DNA of 64,000 nt from Ostreococcus lucimarinus (lineage: Eukaryota), in assembly GCA_000092065.1 (NCBI GenBank), contig CP000581.1. The stretch is one strand, 5' to 3'. A model generated the notes under the pieces. The model was not told where the DNA came from. It did no database searches and was given only the letters and a program-made list of their open reading frames with translations. This document shows positions 47,868 to 56,776 of this stretch, one piece after another. Position numbers and translations under genes: made by a program. Numbering within the stretch: the first letter of the stretch is position 1; each line of letters begins with the position of its first letter.

Positions 47868-49400
47868 CTATTCGACTTTGCACGCGCACAACCAGCTCTC
47901 GTCTTCCTGAGGGAACATCCACCAAGAAGAGTCGTCGGCTTCTTGCATGCACGTCGTGAACACGGCGGGGTAATCCAACTCAACTTCGCCCGCGGTGATG
48001 GTGAAACGAACTTGATGACGTTCTTTCCATCGGTAGAAGAGCTTGGGCGATGGGAGCATTTGAAAGACGTGATCTCGGCACTCGTCGTTTGTGACGAGAA
48101 ACGCCTTGTCCCCGGCGTGCACCGCCGCGTACAACCAGTACCAGTCGTCGTTTGAGCCGTGCGCCGTCGTGAAGAGCTCGCCGGCGCCGTCCCATTTGGC
48201 AAGGAGCGCTTGATTGTGCGGCTTGCGCGCTGGGCCACCCTCAACACGACGCTGGTGTAAGAACGCGATGGGCGGAGCATCGCCTTCCTTGGCGCGTTTG
48301 CGAAGCTCGACGAGGACCTTTTCAACCTGGTTAAAGTTCATCCCGGAAGTCGAGAAATTCTGATTGTACATGCCCACGTTTGCGCCGTCAACGATGGCGT
48401 TCATACCATCTTTTTTAACGTTGAGCCAATTCATGAAATTGTCGAACTCTGACTGCGCTTCGCGTTCGCACGCCAACTTTGCGATGCCCGCGAGCAAGTC
48501 TGCGCGTTCCTCCTCCGTAAGACTAATCGCCTTGAGCTGAAGTTCCACGCGCTTTTCCTCCATCGCCAACACCGCCACGGCGGCGCCCGCGTCGTCCACG
48601 CGCACTTCGTCCGCGACGCTCCATCCGGGCACCGCACTAAACCACGCGCGTAATTCTTCGCTCATCTCGTCGCTCGGGCTACGAATCTCCGTTCGCATCC
48701 GACGCAACATCGCGAACCCGCCGTCGAACGCCTCCGCCGCGCGATACGCCCTCAACATCGCCATGAACTCCAACTCCGTCGGCAACAACCCCTCATCGCG
48801 CAGCATCGCCTCCACGGCCTCCATCTTCTCCAAATCCCCCTTTTTCGCGCTCGCGTGCAGCGCGCACGCGTACGTCCGCACCTTCGGCGTCAACTTTTCC
48901 TCCTTCAGCGCTCGCGCCGCGTCCAGCGCTCCCTCCACGTCCCCCGCCGCCGCGCGCACTCTCGCCAGCGCCGTGTAGCTCATCTCGCTCATCATCACGC
49001 GTCGCGCTTCCATGTACTTCACCACCTCGTCCGCTTCCTTCGCGCGCGCGCACTCCTCGTGCGCCAGTCCCGCCGTCCACGCCCCCGCGCCGCCCGCGCA
49101 CATGTGCAGCAGCACGTTGCACGAGTGCGGCGCCAGCGCGTACGCTTCGCTCCTTCGCGCGTCCTCGAACGCGTCCCACGCCGCGGCGAACTCGTCCCGC
49201 TGACACGCCGCGTCGATCGCGCGTCGCGCCGTCGCCGCCGGGCCGAACGCGTCCGCTTTCGCGCGTCGTCGGTCCGTCGCGCCGCCGGCGGCGCGCGCGC
49301 GATCGACGCCGCGCTTGCGCTTCGCGGCGGCGTCGCGGGACGAGCGCTCGGGCGAGGCGTCGACCGCGAGGCGGGCTCGCGTCTCGGCGTCGAGCGGCAT
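47868..49400 (-). CDS. PRORP: Proteinaceous RNase P (PRORP): PPR repeats + NYN metallonuclease domain
   Basis: ORF to 49754 overlaps the upstream same-strand nucleoporin stop (49498); in-frame ATG at ~49400 (MPLDAETRARLAVD...). PPR-like helices (YTALARVRAAAGDVEGALDAARALKEEKLTPKVRTYACALHASAKKGDLEKMEAVEAML), then EFDNFMNWLNVKKDGMNAIVDGANVGMYNQNF and ...DDWYWLYAAVHAGDKAFLVTNDECRDH, colinear with Arabidopsis PRORP1 NYN domain. Confidence 0.8.
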   Translation of the reverse strand: MPLDAETRARLAVDASPERSSRDAAAKRKRGVDRARAAGGATDRRRAKADAFGPAATARRAIDAACQRDEFAAAWDAFEDARRSEAYALAPHSCNVLLHMCAGGAGAWTAGLAHEECARAKEADEVVKYMEARRVMMSEMSYTALARVRAAAGDVEGALDAARALKEEKLTPKVRTYACALHASAKKGDLEKMEAVEAMLRDEGLLPTELEFMAMLRAYRAAEAFDGGFAMLRRMRTEIRSPSDEMSEELRAWFSAVPGWSVADEVRVDDAGAAVAVLAMEEKRVELQLKAISLTEEERADLLAGIAKLACEREAQSEFDNFMNWLNVKKDGMNAIVDGANVGMYNQNFSTSGMNFNQVEKVLVELRKRAKEGDAPPIAFLHQRRVEGGPARKPHNQALLAKWDGAGELFTTAHGSNDDWYWLYAAVHAGDKAFLVTNDECRDHVFQMLPSPKLFYRWKERHQVRFTITAGEVELDYPAVFTTCMQEADDSSWWMFPQEDESWLCACKVE

Positions 49401-49497
49401 CACCCGCGGCGTCGACGAGTGACGCGATCGGCGCGACGCGATGTGAAATGAAAGGTGCAGCTCGGCTTTGATGTGATTACGGACGCGAGACGACGCG

Positions 49498-51798
49498 TCA
49501 ACGACGCCTGAGCGAGGGCGAGGCGAAGAGCGAAGACGCCGGCGCGTGCACGCGAGAGATGGAGGAAGGCGACGCGGACGCGCGACGGTCCCGCGGACGC
49601 GCGACGTCGGCGACGTCGACGCGCGCGTCGCGAACGGCGGCGCGCGCGGAACGCTTTTCTTCGACGGCGCGGTGCAACTCGTCGAGTTGCGCGCGTTGAC
49701 GCTCGATGACGGCCATGATTCTCGCTTCTTCGTCCTCGCCGAGTTGGATCTCATCCGCGGGGGCGATGGTGTGCTGAAGGCGAGAGGCGGCGGCGAGCGC
49801 CTCGGCGCGACGCGGGAGCGACGCGGCGGAGCGGTTGACGCGGGAGCTCAACGCCTTGAAGTCGTTCAAGAGCTCGATTTCCTCGGCGGACATCGGCGGG
49901 ACGGCGCCGCCGTTGGCGTCGGCGTAATTCTTCAACTGCGCTTGGTGGAGCGTGCGGAAGATTTTGATCAACCGATGCTGCTGCTCCATGTTCTTATTTT
50001 TGACGTCCCGCATGCGCTTTTCCAACTCGGTGTCCGCCCACTGCAAGATTTGTCTCACCGACGTCGCCGCGGCTTGGATGTACTCCTCTTGCGCCTTGAT
50101 CTCCGTCTCCGCCTGCGTCTTTCGTTGGATCAATCCCTCGAATCCGTCGTACTGAACGGGCCACAGACAATCGGGGTTGTTCTCGCCACCTACGGCGTCC
50201 AAGAGCTCGCGCCACTTCCGTTCGCTCACGTTCTGCGGCTTCACGCGCATGCGCGGATCTTTGACGACGTTGTAAAAGTACGCTCGGAATCGGTAGTCAG
50301 GATGGTTCGGGTTGTACGCGTTGACGATCTCTTGCACCTCACGCGTGGGATCGAGCGACGACGGATGTTGTTGCATCTGCTGCTGCATTTGCGGGAATAA
50401 GCCGCTGGGCTGCTGCTGCTGCGTCAACGCTCCGGCGGCGCCGGGCGTCGACGGCGCGAACAATCCACCGCCCGAGGGAACGATGGCGTTCGACGGCGCG
50501 CCGAAAGGGTTCGAAGACGTCGTCGCCGCACTCGAGGCACCGAACAAGCCTCCCGGGGACGATGACGGGGCTGGTGTCGCCGATCCAAACAAACCTCCGC
50601 CCGTTGTACCGGGTGTCGCCGCGCCAAACAAACCGCCCGCGGGACTCGAGGCCGGCGCCGCACCGAACAATCCACCGCTCGTAGTCGCCGGCGTCGCGGC
50701 CGCGCTCGCGCCGAACAAACCACCGCCCGAAGTCGCGGCCGGTGCGCTACTACCAAACAATCCACCGAGCGCGGGCGTCGACGCCGCGGGCGAGGCGCCG
50801 AACAAACCACCACTCGTTGCCCCGGGCGTCGCCGCGGCGGACGACCCGAACAATCCGCCGCTCGTCGTCGTCGGCGCCGCGCCGAACAATCCACCACCCG
50901 CGCTCGACGCCGGCGTCGCCGCCGCGCCGAACAACCCACCGCCCGCGCTCGACGCCGGCGTCGGCGCCGCGCCGAACAACCCACCACCCGCGCTCGACGC
51001 CGGCGTCGCCGCCGCGCCGAACAACCCACCGCCCGCGCTCGACGCCGGCGTCGGCGCCGCGCCGAACAACCCACCGCCCGCGCTCGACGCCGGCGTCGCC
51101 GCCGCGCCGAACAACCCACCGCCCGCGCTCGACGCCGGCGTCGCCGCCGCACTCGCGCCGAACAACCCACCGCCCGAACTCGCAGGCGCCGCGCCGAACA
51201 ACCCACCGCCCGAACTCGCAGGCGCCGCGCCGAACAACCCACCGCCCGAACTCGCAGGCGCCGCGCCGAACAACCCACCACCCGCGCTCGACGCCGGCGT
51301 TGCCGCCGCGCCGAACAACCCACCGCTCGTCGCCGCCGCGCCTCCGAACAACCCGCCGCTCGCGCTCGACGCCGACGCGCCGAGCGCGAGCGTCGGCGCC
51401 GCGCCCCGCGCCCCGAACGACCCACCGCCCGCGCTCGATCCCACCGGCGCGGCGCTCCCGAACAATCCACCGCCCGCGCTCCCCGTCGCCGCGGGCGCCA
51501 ACGCCGGCGCCGCGCCGAACGCGCCCCCGCCCGCGCCCGCGCTCGCGCTCGGCGTCCCGAACACACCGCCGCTCGCGCTCGACGCCGCCGCCGCCGCGCC
51601 GTGCGACCCTCCGCTCGCGCGCGTCGCCGCGCCGCCGCCGAACGCGTGCGCCCCGCTCGCCGCCGCGCCCGTCCCGAGGCCCGTCTCGCGCGCGCTCGCG
51701 CTCGCCGTCGCCGGCGCCGACGCCGTCGTCGGCGTCGCGCCGAACGAAAACCCGCCCGTCGTCGCCGCGCCGCGCGGCGTCGCCGGCGCGCCGAACAT
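49498..51798 (-). CDS. FG-repeat nucleoporin, Nup54-like (GLFG/FG repeats + conserved C-terminal alpha-helical domain)
   Basis: ORF to 52692 but region above ~51900 is occupied by + strand gene/junk; ATG 51796-51798 (MFGAPATPRGAATTGGFSFGATP...). ~550 aa of GGLFGAAATPASSAGGGLFGAAP repeats; C-terminal domain REVQEIVNAYNPNHPDYRFRAYFYNVVKDPRM...IKAQEEYIQAAATSVRQILQW... fits Nup54 family. Confidence 0.65.
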   Translation of the reverse strand: MFGAPATPRGAATTGGFSFGATPTTASAPATASASARETGLGTGAAASGAHAFGGGAATRASGGSHGAAAAASSASGGVFGTPSASAGAGGGAFGAAPALAPAATGSAGGGLFGSAAPVGSSAGGGSFGARGAAPTLALGASASSASGGLFGGAAATSGGLFGAAATPASSAGGGLFGAAPASSGGGLFGAAPASSGGGLFGAAPASSGGGLFGASAAATPASSAGGGLFGAAATPASSAGGGLFGAAPTPASSAGGGLFGAAATPASSAGGGLFGAAPTPASSAGGGLFGAAATPASSAGGGLFGAAPTTTSGGLFGSSAAATPGATSGGLFGASPAASTPALGGLFGSSAPAATSGGGLFGASAAATPATTSGGLFGAAPASSPAGGLFGAATPGTTGGGLFGSATPAPSSSPGGLFGASSAATTSSNPFGAPSNAIVPSGGGLFAPSTPGAAGALTQQQQPSGLFPQMQQQMQQHPSSLDPTREVQEIVNAYNPNHPDYRFRAYFYNVVKDPRMRVKPQNVSERKWRELLDAVGGENNPDCLWPVQYDGFEGLIQRKTQAETEIKAQEEYIQAAATSVRQILQWADTELEKRMRDVKNKNMEQQHRLIKIFRTLHQAQLKNYADANGGAVPPMSAEEIELLNDFKALSSRVNRSAASLPRRAEALAAASRLQHTIAPADEIQLGEDEEARIMAVIERQRAQLDELHRAVEEKRSARAAVRDARVDVADVARPRDRRASASPSSISRVHAPASSLFASPSLRRR
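50460..51560. repeat. Coding tandem repeat (~45-nt period) underlying the FG/GLFG domain
   Basis: Recurring gcgccgaacaacccaccgcccgcgctcgacgccggcgtcg(c/g)cgcc units (plus strand = antisense), many near-identical copies between c.50880 and 51330; degenerate copies either side. Confidence 0.7.
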
Positions 51799-51864
51799 GC
51801 GACGCGCGCGTGTCCCCGAACGCGCGCCGCGCGCCGAGCGACGCGCGTCGACGTCTGACGCTGA

Positions 51865-51900
51865 CGCGATTGGATTCGATTCGATTCGATTCGACGATTC
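51865..51900. repeat. (GATTC)n pentanucleotide microsatellite in bidirectional promoter
   Basis: ggattcgattcgattcgattcgacgattcgatgtgattcgatcg between nucleoporin ATG (51798, -) and + strand ORF ATG (51952). Confidence 0.6.
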
Positions 51901-51951
51901 GATGTGATTCGATCGACGCGCGCGCCCTCGGACGCGACACATCGCGACGCC

Positions 51952-52311
51952 ATGGCGCACGCCCCGCGCGCGGGCCTCCCGCGCGTCGTGCACGTCAGCT
52001 GGCGCGTCGACGTCGCGCTGCGCACGTCCGAGGGCGCGAACGCGATGACGCCGAGCGTGATCCTGCGACTCGCGCTCGACGACGGGAGCGACCGGACGTT
52101 CGAGTGCGGACTGGAAAAGTTTCACGAGCTGCGAGAGGCGACGGCGACGATGGTGAACGAGATGGAGTGGGCGAGCCGGGACGCGGCGGCGGTGCGGGAG
52201 ATCGGGGCGCGCGCGCGGGCGAGGTGGGAGCGGACGAGGGCGGGGACGACTTCGGGCGAAGAAGGAATAGCGACGAAACGAAACGCGCGGTGCGGCGGCG
52301 ATGATCATTGA
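51952..52311 (+). CDS. Small COMM-domain-like protein (119 aa)
   Basis: ORF 51904 starts with GTG; ATG 51952: MAHAPRAGLPRVVHVSWRVDVALRTSEGANAMTPSVILRLALDDGSDRTFECGLEKFHELREATATMVNEMEWA fits the COMM signature (W-[RK]-VDV..SS......P.....L.L.D.....FE.S.EKF..L). Unusually short for a COMMD protein. Confidence 0.35.
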   Translation: MAHAPRAGLPRVVHVSWRVDVALRTSEGANAMTPSVILRLALDDGSDRTFECGLEKFHELREATATMVNEMEWASRDAAAVREIGARARARWERTRAGTTSGEEGIATKRNARCGGDDH

Positions 52312-52328
52312 TGCGAGGACGTCGAACG

Positions 52329-53300
52329 TCAGGCTTTGTAGCGCGCGTCGTCGGCGTAATACTCGGGGAAACCGACGGATTCTTGAAGCCTGGCGAACGT
52401 CGGGAGCGTCTCGTCGCGCGGGTAGCCCTCGAGTTTGATTTCTCTCAGCGCGCGTTCCATCGCGTTGACGCTCACGGCGAGCAGCGACAGGGGGTAGGCG
52501 ACGATGCTGAAGCCCATGTCCTCGAGCTCTTGCGGCGTGCAAATCGGCGTCGAACCGCCGCCTTCGAGCATGTTGGCCATCTTCGGCACGCCCGGGGCGA
52601 CTTTGCAAAACGCTCGCATCTCTTCCTTCGATCGCAGCGCGTCGACGAAGAGCGCGTCCGCGCCGACGTCGGCGAACGCCGCGGCGCGCCACAGCGCCTC
52701 ATCTAAATCCACCGCACTTCGCGAATCACTCCTCGCGAACACCACGATTCCCGATCCATCCTCGTCCCGCGCGTCGCACGCCGCTCGCACGCGCGTCGTC
52801 GCCTCCTCGCGCGATACCACTCGTCTATTCTTCGTGTGCCCGCACGCCTTCGGCGCCACCTGATCCTCTATCAATATACCCGCGAACCCAGCCTTGGCGT
52901 ACCCGCGCACCGTGCGCTTCGCGTTCATCGCGTTCCCGTACCCGTCGTCGCCGTCGCCGACGATTGGGAAACTCGCGCTCGTCGCGTCGTTGCACGTGCG
53001 CCCGACGTCCACCATCTCCCCGTACGAGATCAATCCGGTGTCTGGCAGCGCCAACCTCGACGCGGACACGCAGAATCCCGACATGAACGCGGCGGAGAAC
53101 CCGGCGCGTTCGATCAGGCGCGCGCTCAACGCGTCGTGCGCGCACGGCGCTTGCACGATTCGAGGCGACCGCAGGAGGTCTCGCAAGACTTTGGCGTGCG
53201 GTGCGACGACGGACGCGCCGTCGCTCGCGCGGCATCGCGCGTCGCGCCGAGCGCGATGCGCGACGCGCGACGACGCGCCGGGAGCGGCGGCGAGGGACAT
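52329..53300 (-). CDS. Isocitrate lyase / PEP mutase superfamily enzyme (carboxyvinyl-carboxyphosphonate phosphorylmutase / 2-methylisocitrate lyase-like), organellar presequence
   Basis: ATG 53300. VQAPCAHDALSARLIERAGFSAAFMSGFCVSASRLALPDTG, IVGDGDDGYGNA, ILIEDQVAPKACGHTKNRRVV (K-x-CGH catalytic loop), ...VDALRSKEEM. Stop 52329 is 18 bp from convergent neighbour's stop. Confidence 0.8.
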   Translation of the reverse strand: MSLAAAPGASSRVAHRARRDARCRASDGASVVAPHAKVLRDLLRSPRIVQAPCAHDALSARLIERAGFSAAFMSGFCVSASRLALPDTGLISYGEMVDVGRTCNDATSASFPIVGDGDDGYGNAMNAKRTVRGYAKAGFAGILIEDQVAPKACGHTKNRRVVSREEATTRVRAACDARDEDGSGIVVFARSDSRSAVDLDEALWRAAAFADVGADALFVDALRSKEEMRAFCKVAPGVPKMANMLEGGGSTPICTPQELEDMGFSIVAYPLSLLAVSVNAMERALREIKLEGYPRDETLPTFARLQESVGFPEYYADDARYKA

Positions 53301-53383
53301 CGCGCGAGGCGACGTCGAGTGCGGGCGGAGACTGGAACGACTTCGGTATTACGCGCGACGCTCGCGCGATTCGCGAGAAACGC

Positions 53384-54652
53384 CTATGATCGCGGCGTCG
53401 GCGTCGCCGAAGGCGACGACGCTAAGAACGACGCGTACTCGCGACCCACGTCGTTATCGGCGTCGGCACCGAATATTTGTTCGCCCGCCACGTGGGAATG
53501 GAGCAACGCGGTGAGCGGACCGGGCGATGGACCGTTCGCGTCTCCGCGAGGCGCGACGGTCGCCCCATCGCCCGCGACTCCTCGATCGCGCGGTTCGTCC
53601 GCGATTGGAATCTCTATCGAAAGGTTATTCTCGCGCGCGAACTCGCTCGAGCGCGTCTCGAAACTCGAGAGCGACGCGCGAGCGCCGCCGACGTCTCGAG
53701 CCGTCGGCGATCCAAGCCACTTAAAGCTGGGCGATAAAAGTTCCAAACCTTCGGGCGGTATGATGAGTGGATCGTCGTTTTCATCCACCAGTAAAGCAAC
53801 GTCTTCAAAAATATATCTATTCGCATCCGCATCCGCATCATCATCATCGTCGTCGTCGTACGGGCGTATTATCGCCCGTTGCGCTCGACTCGCCGCGCCG
53901 CCGTATTGATCGTCTATATCCATTTGACCATCGTCGACGCCGTATCCTCCATTCTCACGCCTAGCGCCCGAACGTCGACTCGCCCGACCTGGTTCGCTCG
54001 CAGACGACCCTTTACCGTGCCCTGACCGTTGCGCGCGGCTCGATTGCTTCGCCGACGCGCGCTCGCGCTTGACGCGCGCGTGCGCACGAAACATGGCTGA
54101 TTTCGACACGGGCGCTGGACTCGGCCCTAGTCGACCTTTACGCGAGAAAACGGGCTCAATGGGCTCTTTCCCTTTCGCTTTATCCGATCTCGTCGTGCCT
54201 TTCGCGTCTTCAAACTCTTCGCCTTCGCCTTCGCCTTCGTCTTCGTCATCGTCCTCAAAGTCTTCTTCGTCCTCGAATTCGTCCTCGTCTTCGAAACACG
54301 ACTCACTCTTCACCTTGCGCCACATGCTTCGACTCGTGCTCGCCTGCGCTCTTTCGCGCGCCGACGCCCCCTTTTGCGTCGAGAAGTGCTGATCGAACAA
54401 GTCCTGATTGTTCCTCGCCTCGTGCGCCTCGGCGCACTCGGTGTGAAATCGCCGCAGCACATCCTCGATGTCCCCAGACGAATACTGATACAACTTTTCG
54501 TTCGAGTTATAGATCACGAGCGCGATGTCGCAATCACACAACACGCTCAGCTCCATCGCCTTTTTCATCAACCCATTCTTCCGTTTCGTGAACGTCACCT
54601 GCCGGTTACGCTCGTCGACGATGCGCTCAATCTTAATCTTCTTCCGTCCCAT
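53384..54652 (-). CDS. MADS-box transcription factor (MEF2-like / type II MADS domain) with long acidic low-complexity C-terminus
   Basis: ATG 54652: [59 protein letters not shown] = canonical MADS domain; followed by [41 protein letters not shown] tracts. Confidence 0.85.
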   Translation of the reverse strand: MGRKKIKIERIVDERNRQVTFTKRKNGLMKKAMELSVLCDCDIALVIYNSNEKLYQYSSGDIEDVLRRFHTECAEAHEARNNQDLFDQHFSTQKGASARERAQASTSRSMWRKVKSESCFEDEDEFEDEEDFEDDDEDEGEGEGEEFEDAKGTTRSDKAKGKEPIEPVFSRKGRLGPSPAPVSKSAMFRAHARVKRERASAKQSSRAQRSGHGKGSSASEPGRASRRSGARRENGGYGVDDGQMDIDDQYGGAASRAQRAIIRPYDDDDDDDADADANRYIFEDVALLVDENDDPLIIPPEGLELLSPSFKWLGSPTARDVGGARASLSSFETRSSEFARENNLSIEIPIADEPRDRGVAGDGATVAPRGDANGPSPGPLTALLHSHVAGEQIFGADADNDVGREYASFLASSPSATPTPRS

Positions 54653-55123
54653 ATCGTCCCAATCCCGTCCTCAACCCTCCCCCGCGCCACCGACGCGCGC
54701 GCGCGCGCCGTCTTTCCCGCGCCGCGTCTCCCGCGTCTCGCTCTCTCGCGCGAGCCCTCGCGTCCGCGCGTTCCCGCGCGTTCGCGCGAATCGACGCGCC
54801 GGTTGACCTCCCGCGTCCGCGCGCCTCGTCCCTCCTCTCGCGTCGCGTCGTCGCGCGCACGTCCTCGACGCCTCGCGCGCCGCGCGCGCCGCTCCCCCCG
54901 CGCGCCGTCGCCGCGCGCGCGCGTCGTCGCCTCGCGCGCGACGTCGCGCTCTGCGGTCAAAACCGCCCGCGCGTCGGTTTGACTGTTCGCGTCGCGGGGC
55001 GTCGCCCGCACACGCGGGTGTTTCGCGCGTCCCGCCCAACGGGCGATTCGCGACGCGCGCGCCACGTCGACGCGCGACGACCGGCGCGCGACGATCGAGG
55101 CGCGGGAAAACGGGCGCGGAAAG

Positions 55124-56716
55124 ATGGCGCGATCGTCCGCGCAGGCGTTCGTCGCGTACCGCGCGGCGTTCGAGCCCGGGAAGACGGGACGCGGACGATC
55201 GGTGAAGTACTTTCTCGTCGAGGCGGACGGGCGGGAGACGCTCGCGGCGTACGCGGACGAGAGCACGCCGGGAGACTCGCACTACACGTATAAGAATTGC
55301 GAGGAGTTCACGTCGTTCGGGACGCTGTGCTGTCATAATCGAAAGGCGCTGCACTCGTGGTTGGATTCGATCGTGCGGGCGTCGAGCGGGGTGGTGACGA
55401 CGGGACCGATTTCGACGGCGGCGGGGAAGAATAAGAGGGCGTCGGGGAAGAATAAGAAGAAACAAGGGAAGGCGAAACGGAGTGGAATGAGTGAGTTGGT
55501 GATGACGCACGAGGCGGCGACGTCTGGGGCGGCGGCGGCGGTGACGGTGTCGACGACGAAGCCGGACGGTTCGGCGAGATTCGTGAGTTACTCTCAGGAA
55601 AAGTTTACGTTTCCCGATGGTCGGCGAGGGGTGCGGTTTTACGTCATGGACGAGGTTGGAACGCCGACGCTTGCGGTGTTGGGAGAGGAGCGCGAGACGC
55701 GAGATGGTCACTATCAATACAAGCGGGTCGATACGTTTACGGCGGGCGCGCCGCTTCGATGCGGCAACTTGAGCGGCGTGCACAAGTGGTTGAAAGATCA
55801 CATCGCCGGTGGGCAACTGGTCGGGGTAAACTTTCCGTACTCTAGCGTGGCACATGGGCAGGATAACGGCGCGGCGGCGAGCGCGGCAGCGTTAGCGCGA
55901 AGAAAGCGCGGCGACATCGCCGACGGCGTCAGCCTCATCGACCCCGCAGTCACTTTTCAAACAAAGGTTGAAGAGCGCGAAGCGCAATGGGCGCTCGCGC
56001 GTCGAGGCGCGCTGGCATATGTGCGCGAGCCGACGCATCCCGATCATGTAGCGGAACTGAAAGAGATCGTGCCCGTGTTAAAGGCGGCGAAGGCGGAGAA
56101 CAAAGCCGCCGTGAAGGATTTGCTCTCCGTCATCGAAGCCTTTCGTGCGCTCAACTCCGTGTACGTATCTTTACACACGCTCGATAGCATGGACATCAAA
56201 GATGTCGTCGTGGGTTTGCAAAAACACCCGAATGAGACGATTTCTCAGCTCGCGACGAAGAGTGTCCGGCAGTGGCTCGGGTCGTTGTACAGTCACATCG
56301 GCACGTTGGCGAGCGTGTACGAGCGCCCCAAGCCGTTGCCTCCGAGAAATAAGGTGGGCTACGGACCCCCGAAAGATGAAGTGAACAATGAAGGGCAAGA
56401 TAAATCAAATTCGCCTCTTAGTTTGCGGCAACGCACCGGCGTGGCGACGCCGACAGTCTCAGGCGCGAAACGCGCTGCAGACGTCGTGCTCCCGACGACT
56501 TCTAGCCAGTGCAGCCCGCCGCCGAAAATGCAAAAGACGAATTCCGGTTTGCCAGGATGTACGCCTCTCGGCAAAGGTCACAAACTGTGCCCGCAGTGCG
56601 CTGGAACGTGCGGTTCGCCGACTCGCGTGTGTCCCCACTGCGGCTCGGCGCTGCCCTACAAGTCTCCACCCAAGGACAAAAAAGATGGTGAACCAGTGCC
56701 CAAGAAGAAGGTATGA
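55124..56716 (+). CDS. Transcription-elongation-factor-like protein: duplicated N-terminal ~100-aa domain + TFIIS N-terminal (LW) domain + C-terminal Cys4 zinc ribbon
   Basis: ATG 55124. Two internal repeats (RSVKYFLVEADGRETLAAYADESTPGDSHYTYKNCEEFTSFGTLCCHNRKALHSWLDSI // RGVRFYVMDEVGTPTLAVLGEERETRDGHYQYKRVDTFTAGAPLRCGNLSGVHKWLKDHI); LKEIVPVLKAAKAENKAAVKDLLSVIEAFRALNSVYVSLHTLDSMDIKDVVVGLQKHPNETISQLATKSVRQWL = TFIIS-N fold; tail CPQCAGTCGSPTRVCPHCGSALPYKSP. Confidence 0.55.
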   Translation: MARSSAQAFVAYRAAFEPGKTGRGRSVKYFLVEADGRETLAAYADESTPGDSHYTYKNCEEFTSFGTLCCHNRKALHSWLDSIVRASSGVVTTGPISTAAGKNKRASGKNKKKQGKAKRSGMSELVMTHEAATSGAAAAVTVSTTKPDGSARFVSYSQEKFTFPDGRRGVRFYVMDEVGTPTLAVLGEERETRDGHYQYKRVDTFTAGAPLRCGNLSGVHKWLKDHIAGGQLVGVNFPYSSVAHGQDNGAAASAAALARRKRGDIADGVSLIDPAVTFQTKVEEREAQWALARRGALAYVREPTHPDHVAELKEIVPVLKAAKAENKAAVKDLLSVIEAFRALNSVYVSLHTLDSMDIKDVVVGLQKHPNETISQLATKSVRQWLGSLYSHIGTLASVYERPKPLPPRNKVGYGPPKDEVNNEGQDKSNSPLSLRQRTGVATPTVSGAKRAADVVLPTTSSQCSPPPKMQKTNSGLPGCTPLGKGHKLCPQCAGTCGSPTRVCPHCGSALPYKSPPKDKKDGEPVPKKKV

Positions 56717-56776
56717 CTGCGAGATTTAGCAAATAGCACATCTGATGGTTAAAAGAATGACTAAGGTCTAGAGTAT

